Source: Paramecium tetraurelia (taxonomy: Eukaryota). Taken from it: a DNA stretch of 64,000 bases. A model generated the notes under the pieces. That model saw only the letters and a list, made by a program, of their open reading frames with translations, did no database searches and had not been told where the DNA came from. This document shows positions 1 through 12,123 of this stretch, in pieces. Each line of letters starts with the position of its first letter. Position 1 is the stretch's first letter. The DNA lies in assembly GCA_000165425.1 (NCBI GenBank), contig CT868374.1:248001-312000 (forward strand). The letters run 5' to 3'. Both the position numbers and the translations under genes were made by a program.

Positions 1-2372
1 AATATGAATCTAAGATCACTGAAATGAGGTTGAAAGAATCAAAATATGAGATAAATGTAGAAGAAATTGGAAGAATAGGAAAATTAGGTTAAGGATTTAA
101 AGATCAATATAGAAAAAATGAAAAAATAGAAAGTAGAGTTGGTTAAGAAAATGAAGTAAGATAACGAAAAGTACATTAAGGATAAGGAGGAGAAATAAAA
201 AGAATTGATTTTAATTAAAAAACTTAAAATTTAATAAGATGCTGCTTTAAGTAAGTTAAAAAATGAAAATTGTAAGAAGGAAGTACTTCTTAGAAGAAAG
301 GAAGATGAAATATTAAAATAAAGGAATGAGAAGGTTATTGATAAGGGGTCAAGTCTTTCATTTAAGAAATCTTAAAAAGCGTAAACTTATGATTCAATGG
401 AGAAACAAATAGAGTCATTGTTCTCGCAATTGATTTCTGGAGGATAGGCAGAAGACTAAATCAAAAGAGAAATAACAAAGTTAGAACAATTGTAGGAGGA
501 AGTGAATTAAATAGAACAGAAAATCTGTTAGTTATAAATAAAAAGAGAATAAACATCATTTGATCAGAATAATAAGAATAGCCTAAACTAGATTGAATTA
601 GAATTGAGTGATATCATAATCATAAGAGAGAATATAAATGAGACGATTGATTATTAATTGCATAAGATAGAATAATTAAGAAAGAGTTGCAATAATTGCA
701 CGGAAGTTTATACAAATTTTTTAACGAATTCTGAATTGAGAGATCTTCCAAATTGGTGTATTAAAATATTTAAATATGTAATTGATAATTGGATTAAAGA
801 TCATTTGCAAATGTAGAACTTTAGTCAATAGAATGATGAATTTTAATAAATAATTTAAGAATTACAACAATAGTTATAAAAACCACTTTAAGAGATTAAT
901 TGCAATTCTCCTACTTTTAAAAAGAAGATAATCAAATCACAAGTTTCCTCTTAACCAAGTGATGCATTGGAACTCAGAAAGTAGCTTAATGATCAAAAAA
1001 GAAAGTATTAGTTCTTATAGAATGAAAATAAAAATATGATATCTGATTTAGAGTATTATAAGAAGTTCTATACAGAGCACATCAACAAAGTATAGAAAGA
1101 TAAATGTATTGGGTTAAGTGATTCATTTTAACTTCCATAAAGTTAAAGTTATCAATAGATAAGAGATGCTTATAAATTAGAAAGGACAAAGCAGAAGGAA
1201 CTGTCATTAAATTTAAGTTTTTAAAAGCCTTACCTCTAAAATTCAGCTCTTAAGATGGCTAAAGTATGTAAATCAGATAGAGAGGGATATACTGATCAAT
1301 TCAGCTAGGCACAAGAAGAGCAGGAATTAAGATATGAGTATTAATTGTTTATTTATTATTTAATAGCCTAATCAAATCAATACCAGGTCACGAGAATCCA
1401 ATATTGTGTGTGTATACAATGTAGAACTTGTTGTGTTCAAGTGCATTTAGATCTGTCAAGATATGGGATATGGATGCATAATCTCATCTTATATCTTTGG
1501 ATGCAAATACACATGTTAAATCGATATGCCATTGGCCTGAGAGGAATGCTATTGCAGTATCTCATGGATCCCTAATTTCATTGTATGACATGACATCTTT
1601 TCAACTACAAAGTGTTTTAAAATCCTCAATAGAAGAAATTAGAGTGATGACCAGACATAATGGTTTACTTGTGGCTGGAGGAAAAGGCATTAATTATGCT
1701 ATGAACGTGTGGGATGCAAGATCGAATAAGTATTGAAATGTAGTTATATATTTTAGTTAAATTCATGAATTCGAAAAGTAAAGTGACGTTATGTGTTTAC
1801 AATAATCAGATTAGACTCAAGAATTGATTTGGGGAACTTTTAATCACAATGTGAGGAAAATGATGATGAATAGTAATAAATGTGGCTAGATTGCATAAAT
1901 GACACCTCCACATTATGATAAGGTTACTGGAGTTGGTTTGCTTGATAATTGGATTGTGAGTTGCTCATTTGGCAAAGGAATGAGGATGTGGAATTAAGTG
2001 AATGGCTAATAAGGATAAGCAAACTCTGATATCCACAAAGATTCGATCTTAACTATGGCCAGTATAATTATTGATTTATTATTCTTAGTTGATAAAAACC
2101 TTAAAGTCATGTACACTGGATGCAAGGATGGATAAATCAAGGCTACTAGAATTAGTGAGAATAAATTCTAACTTGTTAGTGACATTAGTGCTTCTGTTTA
2201 ATAAATTAACTCTCTCAACATTATAAACGATAGTTCACTCATAGTAAGTGGTGGTCAAGATAGGATGATCAAAATATGGAAACCGTCCAAATTTACTTTT
2301 GATTACTTAAAGTAGTTTACTCCGAACATTGGGGATTTCATAATTGAAGAAGAACAATACATGTTTAGTTGA
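1..2372 (+). CDS. Coiled-coil plus C-terminal WD40-repeat protein, 5'-truncated by the window (architecture like the tail of KIF21-type kinesins)
   Basis: Code-6 frame open from window start with E/K/Q-rich coiled coil. After introns 1338-1366, 1730-1756 and 2062-2088 it reads WD40 motifs (GHENPILCV..SVKIWD; HYDKVTGV; HKDSILTMAID..YTGCKDG; VSGGQDRMIKIW). TGA at 2370-2372. Confidence 0.8.
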
Positions 2373-2524
2373 TTCTTATTTTTCTATCAAATTAATTCAA
2401 ACCTTAATCTTTATGATAAATATGTTCCAGTTATTGCATATTAATTTATCGTCAGAGTGGAGTATTATATATGTATGAATAATTATATTTTAAACGAATG
2501 TTATTGATATTAGAATTAGATAAT

Positions 2525-3080
2525 TCAGTTTTACAGTAAATTACGAAAATCTTCATATTTCAACTCATTTTGGTTTGGAGACAGTTCTTTTATCAATCTC
2601 TAATATAATATTAGTATTACTTACATTTAAATCTATTGACAGATTAAACTCATTTTATATAACATTGATCAGTTTTTATCTATCTACAGATCCAGTCTTG
2701 TCTTCATTACCTCCAAGAGCTATAAATGCAAGTTCTAATAAGGTTTAACTTAAAGATTACTTATATCCTCCTCATCACTTGTCTATAATATCATTTTATG
2801 ATAAGCTATAATTTTTAAGAAATCCTCTTTGCTTATGGCTCCTCTCCCTGATAAATCTACTTCATTAATCATCTTAATTAATTCTTCTTCTGAGGGCTTC
2901 TATCCCATTTCTAAGCTGTTAGGTATGTTTACCTTCTAAAACCGCTCTCAACTCATCTTTTTCAATATATCCTGATACATTTTTATCAAATGCAACAAAA
3001 GCCTCATAACATTTCTATTTTTCCTTAGCTGTAAGTGTATCCACATTGACTTTCTTTAGATCTTCCATATTAATAGACAT
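2525..3080 (-). CDS. Calmodulin-like EF-hand protein (resembles outer-arm dynein Ca-binding light chain LC4)
   Basis: MSINMEDL..AFVAFDKNVSGYIEKDELRAVL..EVDLSGRGAISKEDFL..AFIALGGNEDKTGSVD..YEDFRNLLQN*; three short introns. Confidence 0.8.
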
Positions 3081-3710
3081 TTGTAAAGTAAAAAATTATA
3101 AATAAAAATATAAATAAAATGATTGAATAATAAGTTAATCTAAATTCAGATTTTTTAATGAATCCATTAAGAATTTTTTAATAATGCATTTAAATGAAGG
3201 ATAATGATTCAAATCAATTTTGGAAGTTATCTGGGATTGATTGTTTTTATAAATTGGAATTAAATTCTAAAATTTTCTTAAAGAAAAAAACCTATATTAT
3301 AAATAAATATATGAGAATTTAAATAAATTTAGTGATAACTTATTATATATTTGTAATAATTCAGATCTAAATCACATTAACAATTTCACATACAGAATGT
3401 TAGATGTGTTGTTTCTAATGATATAATTAATAGTTTATTATATTTGAATTAGTTATCATTTCTAATATTATTATATCATTAATATATTTTATACAATAAC
3501 TCTATAATATGTGCTTGTTTTAAGAGCTATTGTTCCAGGATTGTCTTAATGAAATCCAAAAAAAATAACTATAAATAAGATTTTTATAAATAATTACAAT
3601 AAATATGAGGTATTTGTTATTACAAAATAATAGAAGTAGATTAGTTTACAAATATAATATTTCTTATAATAATAACAATGATCTATATTTAATCTTGATA
3701 ATAATGATTT

Positions 3711-5594
3711 TCAAATGATGGTGGATGCACTTGATATGATGCCACAATTGTCTCCATAAGCTATGTGAACATAGCCATCTTAACCCCAAGTCTTTCCGAA
3801 TGAGCCTTAAATAATCCAATACTCTGATGTTTTGCCAACAAGCAAACCACAATAGTTGTTTGTATTACCTCCACAATCTTATGCTGTGATTACGCCTTTA
3901 GTGTAACTCTACAATTTGGAAGCATTAAAGCATACAACGGCTGGTCTTTACTTTAAAGCTTGAGAGAGTGCACTATAATATAGATTTTAAACTTTACTCA
4001 ACGGAATTAAGTTTATAATAATTTGTTGGTCTGAGTTGGTCTCCTTTAACTTGAGCACATGCTTAAGCCTTTCCGGTGTATGGATACTTGCTTTCCCAAT
4101 GTAGACCATTACTCTTTATATATTTGAGTGCGTCTGTTGGAATTCCATTCTAGCATCCTTTCAAAGGGTCCAATGAATCTGAGCAATCAATAACTTATTG
4201 CAAAGATAACTTGACATTCTTGGATGTCTATTATCTGAAATAGGATTCTAAACAATTTTTGGATGAAATAGCCCATGAAGATATACAATCCCCTTAATCA
4301 AACACCTCCGATACTATGTTATTATTAACTCTCCAATCAATGTCTTCATCAGCTGTTAGGTTGGCATCAGAAATGAAGGTCTTTTCCAATTAAAGAGTGA
4401 AATCTGTTATGAGATATTTTTGTTTGAATTCAGCTTCAGTCAAATCAGTATATTGAGTACTACCAAAATAATGAAGACCTGAATTGTCCATTTATGCATA
4501 AGCCCAAATTTAAAATCTTTTATCCTCCTCTTCTTGTGTTCCATATACCTTAGAAAATTGTTGTTTGTATTCCTAAAAGTCATCTTTGAGTGATTAAATA
4601 TCTTCATTTGTTTTCATGGGGAAGGCTACATATTTTTAAACTCCACAATGTGCAACATCGGCGTGAAATCTGACTAATCCTTCGACTCCCCAATATGTGT
4701 ATTTTTTCATATCCTTCACGATTTAACCCAATGTTGTTTAGATAATCCATTCATCGTTTTCGTATCCCAACAACAATCCACAATAATTGACTGTTCCATC
4801 GATGCAATCTTAATTAATGACTCCATTGGTGTATTATTAGAATTTCGTCAAATCAAAGCAAACAGTCACAGGTGTGAATTGCAAAGCTGCCTTCAATTGT
4901 CTATTGATAAATGATAATGTATTACTCTTTGTCTGCCTTTACTAATCTGATATCTTCGATCTTATATTATTGTGTGCTTGGTACACAATTTTTAACAGTA
5001 TAAGTAGATCTCAAATCAATACCATTAGTTTTAATCCATTATAATGCATCCAAGGGACTTTTACCATCAGTGACACAATCAATGATTTGTTGTGTTGCCA
5101 ATCGAATATAATTAGCTGGATTTGGTATGTTCCTATTGAAATATGCCTCAACTGAAGCAACTGCTGAAAATGCCCAAGAGTGAGCACCGGCATCAGGAGC
5201 ATTTTTCTCCATCAAGGTTTCCCATGTTTTTTCAGGAGGGATTTCCAAAGTGCTCAAACCTCTTGCTACTCCATAGGCAGGAATTGTATCCTTTAGTAAG
5301 TATTTAGTTTTAAAATCGGCAGCACTTATATCTGAATACAATGTTTAGCCCAAATCATATTCAGCTACTTTTGGATCTTAATTAATAAAGGTCTATTTTA
5401 TAGATTCTATATACATCCAATAATTTAAAGTTTTCGGTGTATGCAAGTTCTGTGCTGTTTGTGTCTGGGTCAAGAAAAGGCCAAACTTTTCCCTTTACTT
5501 CTATTTCATAGTGAACCCAACTTTCATGTATAACTGCAGGGCTAGGTTCTGCACTTAGAGTCAAGCAGAGAATTGCCAACAAAATCAATCTCAT
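3711..5594 (-). CDS. Secreted tandem two-domain papain-family (C1A) protein; both domains lack catalytic residues
   Basis: Signal peptide MRLILLAILCLTLSA; 22-nt intron 5393-5414. Domain 1: AHSWAFSAVASVE..LATQQIIDC..NYCGLLLGY. Second prodomain: FQEYKQQFSKVY..EEEDKRF..QYTDLTEAEF. Domain 2: DIDWR..DQGDCISSWA..LSLQQVIDCS..NYCGLLVG..WIIQGSFGKTWGQDGY..NCGI. Confidence 0.88.
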
Positions 5595-5912
5595 TTATAA
5601 TTTAATTAAATTCTGATGTCACGTGAATTTATTTTATATATTGCAGAAAACTTGAACAAAATGCAAGATTGGTATCACACACTCTACATTCTTTAATAAT
5701 GGATATTATATATTATTAAATTATAAAATCAATACATATGCAATCAATGTAGAATTCACAATACACACAAATACGGAATTTAGAATTGAGTTAATATATA
5801 TATATTATTATTTTATTATCTAAACATCATGTGTACTGATTTCCATTTCATGCATAACAATGATGCCTTATACTTTATAATAAACAATATCAATTTATGT
5901 ATTATATTTAAT

Positions 5913-7857
5913 TCAATGAAAATATTCATCGTATAAGTAAGCAAACATTTTTACTAAGATTAAATTATCGATAAATTCAATATGAGCTGCTCTCCCTATA
6001 AACTTATCCAATTTTCTAACATAATAATGATGAATACTTTTTGGTTATCAAAAAATTAATGTCAAATCGGTCTATTTTACCACACTTTGATAAAATATTT
6101 GAAACTATCTCATTATAAGCCTAAACTCTCTGATCGTTGGCATTCTCGATTTTTTAGATCAGAGCAGAATGGAAGGGCACATAATGATCTTGAAACGAGG
6201 ACATTACAACTACATTATCGAACCAATTCAATCCCTCCGCCTTACTCAAAGTATAGATGTAAGTATTCTTAATATCTTTGTGATCTCTTTAACTTAACTC
6301 CTCAAGAGTCTTGCATTTATTCCACTTTTAGATCATCATCAACCCAGTATCTACTAAGACACTTTCAGATGAAGCATATCCACAATGAGGAGATCCAAGA
6401 CTCACATAAGTGTGCATAAATTGTTTATATTCACTCAATTGAGGCAGAGCAGCTCTTATAATTACTCCTCCAAGAGAATGACCAATAAATGACAGTCTAT
6501 ATTAGGTTACATTTTCATCACTTAAATAGTTTATGACTTCATTAGCAAGTAATCTGGCTTATTCTGAAATAGGTTTATTTGAAGTGCCATCATTACACGT
6601 TGGACATATCAATCTAATCTTTTCCTTGAATCTGATTGTCAATATGGATTTCCAATATCTCATGTCGTATGAAGTTCCTTGATATCCATGAACCAGGACG
6701 ACATAATGAACAAGAGAATTTTACGGTTTCTACAAAAATCCATTTTATACGCAGGTCTGTTTGAATATGAATGGATTTGTATTTAAAGGCTGAAGTAATT
6801 CAACATACTTAATAGCATCTGTTTCTTAAGAACTAATTTGATTTCTCTTATGCTTAGCTATTTCATGATTGCTTCTTCCATTTTAATAAACCTAATCCAA
6901 TTGTTTAACTTCAGATTTATTTAGGAGTACACAATTTTGCCACCTCTCAATCATTTGACATAAATATTCCTATTCCAATTAGTCCTATATCTTTTGATGT
7001 GTCTCCTTGATCGCATTCACAAGTTCACACCATAATATATACATATCACTATGGAGATCGTGTAGACTCTATTGATGGATAAGAATATACTTGTATAATT
7101 TTATTTTCTTTATCTTCATCCTCAAACTGCAGTTACTTCTCCTAATACTATAACTGTATTAGTTTCTTATTATTCTGCAAATTACCAAGTTATTTAATTA
7201 ACTATTTCCTATTATTCAACAATAAATTAATGGAATTATTTATTACTTCATCAAATTTATCATGCGTTTGAAGTTCCGCCGTTAATTACTCCTTAGTAAA
7301 TGAAAACTGAATTGGAACTGTATGTATCTAAGTTTCCAATAGACAGAAGTGGGCCGAATCAAACTCCACAGGATAATATGCTTAATTATAGATCAGCGGA
7401 TTTGACACTGTTAATGTGGCTTTCGATATTACTTGCATTTATTATCTGAGTGACAAGGCAATTGTCTCTATGTCATCCACATAAATTTCTCCTAAAAGCT
7501 TTTTATCTACAAATAGTAATTCAATAACGATTTCTATATTTTAATTCTCTTAGTATCGAAATATGCATCCTATGTTAGTTGAGATTTATTCATCTTCATA
7601 TCTAATCAAGAATCCTTGTGAATAGAAATATTTGTCCTCTATATTCTCTTTATAGAATACGAAATTTTAATCAACCTCATTTGATGTAAATGGATCTTGT
7701 CTGATTGAACGAAAGATCAAGTAAGGCTAGGCTTCAGGCTAATTATGATGATGATATTTGTTACTATGTGGACTCTTATCTGATAGATGCCTTAAGTGAA
7801 GAGATCGATGTTGGTGAATTTCTTAAAATGAATTAAAACTTCAATCTATGATTTCAT
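5913..7857 (-). CDS. FAM135-like / DUF676 putative serine esterase
   Basis: N-terminus MKSQIEVLIHFKKFTNIDLFTQGIYQIR; C-terminal hydrolase domain with VLVHGYQGTSYDMR, SFIGHSLGGVIIR, SLGSPHCGY and IGRAAHIEF. Confidence 0.85.
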
Positions 7858-7882
7858 GTTAATAATATTTATTATTTAATAT

Positions 7883-8492
7883 TCATTTGTCTTAGACTGT
7901 CTTAATAAGCCATTCCATTCCTTCTTGTAAGCCTTCCTGGGTTTTAGCTGAACATGCGACAATCGACCATTATCTGTCTGTAATTTTATTTAATTTCAAA
8001 CTATCGGAGATCTGAATTAAGTAAGCATACTAACCTCATCTGCAGGAAGAGCTTGCACCAAATCTTATTTATTTGCAAATACCAAAAGGGGCACTTTCTT
8101 TAATTCAGCCTCTCCCAATAGTTTGTCCAACTCCTTGCCTCCCTCTTCCAAACGCATTTAGTCTGATGAATCGATAACAAATACTAAAGCATCTGTATTT
8201 TCATAGAAATTGCTCCAATATTCCCTTAATTTCTATGATGCATTAAAACAGTTATACCTCTTGACCTCCGACATCCCAAACATTCAGCTTGAATCCTTCG
8301 TGTTACAAATTCTTGATATTAAAACCATGAGTGGGAGCAATTTGATTGATATCCTCATTGGACAAAGCCTTTAGAATAGTAGTTTTGCCTGCATTATCCA
8401 ATCCCAAGACAAGAATTCTCAATTCCTTCTCTGATTTTTTGATCTTTCGAATGATATTCAACAATCCCTAATTTACCATGAATACATACCAT
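7883..8492 (-). CDS. ARL3: ADP-ribosylation factor-like GTPase 3
   Basis: [75 protein letters not shown]; three introns, the first (8468-8489) directly after ATG. Confidence 0.93.
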
Positions 8493-8538
8493 TCTTTAAG
8501 ATTTGTTTTAATATTTTTATTTATTATTTATTAATAAA

Positions 8539-9445
8539 TCATGGATATAGAGGTTTGTCTTCTCTGAAATGAGAACTCGACATATCTGGGTGATGCACTT
8601 GGTACACCTACTCCTTGACTCTAAATTAGCATAACATAGCATTTCTACCTTCCACTGGCAGCATCTCTAGCAGCCACTCTCTTCTTGGCCTCGTTGATTT
8701 CACTCTAAGTGATGTTTGTATATCTCTCATCAGCCCACATAGTGTCTGGTCTCAAATTGTCTCTGTGTCCGTCAACCCAGGTCTTATCTGAAACATCCTT
8801 CACTGTTCTGCCCTACGAAGAATATTAACATCTCAATCATACCTTATTGTAGGGAGAAACCTCCAACACTGTACGATATTGGAGTGTTTGGATGGCTTCA
8901 ATTTTATCTAGTTGCTTCTTCTTCTCCTTTAATGCTTCCAAAGCCCATTTGGGACAAATAGAAATGATGTTATCGGCCTCTTCTTGGCATTTTGTTACTC
9001 CGTTTACACTTTAACATCTTTTGAAGGCTTCAATTTATCTAACGCATCCTCTTGGGAAGTGCTTAAGCTCTAATTGCTAGTGCTGTAAACATTGGTGCAT
9101 CTCTATTGCATTTAGGATTTGTTATTATTACTTTCTGGTTTACCATCCATGATTTCCAAAGTGTTATTCACTCAAAGGATCATAATGAGTTGGGAAAAAC
9201 ACACTCCAATTAACTCTGTTAGGATATGGATCGGGGAAGTAAAATCCATTACCATTTCTAATACCCATACCCATTCTCTTTTGATTGGGGATTTATTGCA
9301 TGGCAAATGGGTTATAAGGAGCTATGGCCCTTCTCCATTTTGACAAAGTGTTGTTCAGAAGATTCTTCTTAACATTCAAATATGGATAATTGGTTTCATA
9401 ATATTCGATATCCAAGGGTTGACCGTCTGGGTTGTCACTTGACAT
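8539..9445 (-). CDS. Conserved-looking protein with a CX9C..CX10C pair; candidate mitochondrial (intermembrane-space) protein
   Basis: MSSDNPDGQPLDIEYYETNYPY..GCVRQIEAFKRC..KCQEEADNIISICPKW..DKPLYP*; three introns; relatively GC-rich coding sequence. Function is inferred. Confidence 0.75.
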
Positions 9446-9491
9446 GTATAAAGATTTAATTATTAATACAATTTAAAATTTAAAATAAAAA

Positions 9492-9838
9492 ATGTGCAAA
9501 CATATTCTCAATGCCTAAGTTGCCATCAGAGCCCAATGTTGCAAAAAGTATGATATTAATTATACATCTATAAGATGGTTTGATTGTGCTGATTGTCATT
9601 AAGAACTGGAAGATCATCCATTATTGAAAAACATTGAGATGGTTTTCGCTTGTAAGAAATGCAAGAAAGTTTTCCGTAAAGACATCACTGATTATGATGA
9701 ATCAGATGAATATTGCCCACAGTACAAATATTTCAATACTTTTATAGTTGTGATAATCACTATGTCATCAAAGCAGTTACACAAGAATCAAAGGAGATTC
9801 AGAAATTTGAGAATTTAGTTAAAGAAGTCAAATAGTGA
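9492..9838 (+). CDS. CHY zinc-finger protein (HOT13-like)
   Basis: MCKHILNAQVAIRAQCCKKWFDCADCH..DHPL..FACKKCKKVF..YCPHCDNHY; two introns. Confidence 0.9.
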
Positions 9839-10412
9839 TTTAAATATATGGTCATCTATTTATCTTAAATATTCAATTATAAAATATTGTCAATTTAAAC
9901 ATCTCCAAAATATAGACTAAAGCTGCATGAATGTCTAATACCCTTTAAAGGTTATATTATATCCTTAATGATTGTAACTAATGACAATTATCAAGAATTA
10001 AGGATAGCATAATATTTAATTATAAAACTCCTGAAAGTTTTAGATTTCAATCAATACTATTAAAATACTAAATTAAAGATTGATTATTTAGAACAACATA
10101 TTGTTGATTTTAAGAAATTATTGTATTTTAAACTATTAGTACATTATAATGAATATCAAATGCTTATATAGACTAAAAGTAAGAAATAATTCAAAAGTTC
10201 AATAGATTAAATAATCATATTATTATATACAATTTTAATAAGACATGTATGTTCACAAAACAATGTTTGAGTGTTCATCCAATATTCTCAATACAGACTT
10301 GACTTAATATTTGAGAAAATATTGCTCATAAAAAGAAATCGAATAGAAATTCTTAGTTATTTGCTCTAATGTAAAAATAAAAACGAATGAATTTATTGAT
10401 ATTAATTAAATT

Positions 10413-11251
10413 ATGCTCCACTTGTTGTTGATTCTAGCTGTTGTTTAAGCAAGAAACAAATCTCAGAATGATACGATCAGAATTCAAACTCCAGGTTGAT
10501 ATTGCTCTCTATTGCCTTAGAATATGAAAAAAATGTGAACCATACAAAAAATATTTTTTATTCTTGTGTTATCACCTCATCATCCTATTTGACATATAAT
10601 GATGAAGTTGTTATGAACCAATTAAATTCAATCATTGAGGCATATTAAACAATTGAATCCCCAGAAGTTAGATATGAAACATAAAGAAAAGCTAGTAAGA
10701 GAATCTAAATCGATGCCACTTAATATTGCATCCTTCGACAAACAGGTGTGACAGCTTAATAAGTAATTAGATTATTGATTACAATTTTAGATGTATGATG
10801 AAATCTAAGTAGGACAATTCAATGTTACTTAGTATTATTATTTGATGAATGACTTCGATTTGTCAAAATATTAAAATCAATCTGCTAAAATTACCTTTGA
10901 TTAGGATGAGGAATCAGTTTGGAGGATCATGGAAGTATTTGATCAATTCATTCTAGGACTTTTAAGCAAAATCAAGGGAAATGATGGGAGATGATGAATT
11001 TGATGGATTAAACTATTCTGAATTCCCTGAGTATATGGAGAATCCATACGAACCTAAACTATTTGGTTAATCTATTGACAAACAATCAAATACTTCTATT
11101 TTGATTTTCGCATCAGTGTTTATAGCATTTTTTGTTGTCATGATTTTAGGTATTATAATTGTATTGATAATGATTAGCTTACAAAGCTTTGAAGGATAGC
11201 CATAAGAAAGTTGAATAAAAGAAGGTAAAGAAATCTAAAAAGTAGAAATGA
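10413..11251 (+). CDS. Type I membrane protein with signal peptide and C-terminal KKxx ER-retrieval motif, unknown function
   Basis: MLHLLLILAVVQA signal peptide; TM ILIFASVFIAFFVVMIL; ends KKVKKSKKQK*; four short introns. Confidence 0.75.
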
Positions 11252-11279
11252 AATAAATTATTTTTATATAAATTATCAA

Positions 11280-12080
11280 ATGCCTAATTGTGAAATCTGT
11301 TTTATTGATGATAAGCTAATAATTTGGTATGCATTTTCAATTCAAAATTTAGTCCCAAATGCTCTCGAAATGTTTGTTCATTGTGTAGTAAATTGTCCGA
11401 TTGCGATATATGCATTCTAATAGAAATGAAATATGCATTTGTAAATATTGACAATACATTTTAGCTACACTAACAACACAAATCGTAGACCGAAGAATAA
11501 GAATATCAATTAAAATAAATTAATGACAAGATTAATACAGTTAATCAAGAAATTTCCTTAATCCAAAAGGCTAGTTCACTTGTGAAAAAAAATGAAAATA
11601 AGAAAAGTGAATCACTTGAGTTCTAAATGAGTGAGACAATCATAGATAAACAACATGAGCTTGAGGATATCGAAAGTGAAATCGAAAATTAAAAAGTAAA
11701 GTAGATTGATTTTTGTTGATTTTAGTTGATAATTCGAATGAAGAATTAAATGCCTTAAAAAGTCAGCAATTAAAATTGTCCACACAAAATAAAGAGTTGG
11801 ACTTAAAAATCAATGAAGCAGAAAAAGAATATGAAGTGCTGCAAGAAACTCTGAATTTAAAGAAATAGTAAATATATTAGATTTTATAAACCTTGAAAAA
11901 TAAAACCAGTTTATTGAGAGCAAGTCAAGACGAAAAGCATTATTCTTAAAGTAATTTAAGAATGACTCTTCCCACTAAATAGCAAAAGGCTATTTCTGGA
12001 GAAGAAAAATTACAAAATCCAGGGTAATAAAAAATGAGATTCTATGTAGATTATGTGCTGGGTAGTGTGTAATATAATGA
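11280..12080 (+). CDS. Cys-rich (RING/Zn-finger-like) N-terminus, coiled coil and CaaX-terminated protein
   Basis: MPNCEICF..CPKC..VCSLC..CDIC; long coiled coil; after a 26-nt intron ends PGLCAGQCVIQ*. Confidence 0.72.
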
Positions 12081-12123
12081 ATTGAAATTAATTTATCATA
12101 TTTTAAACATTGATAATTGTTAC

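Noticed and set aside
9848..10400. Short TGA-free frames between the CHY gene and the membrane-protein gene
   Set aside because: No motif or convincing intron structure; such frames arise easily with a single stop codon.
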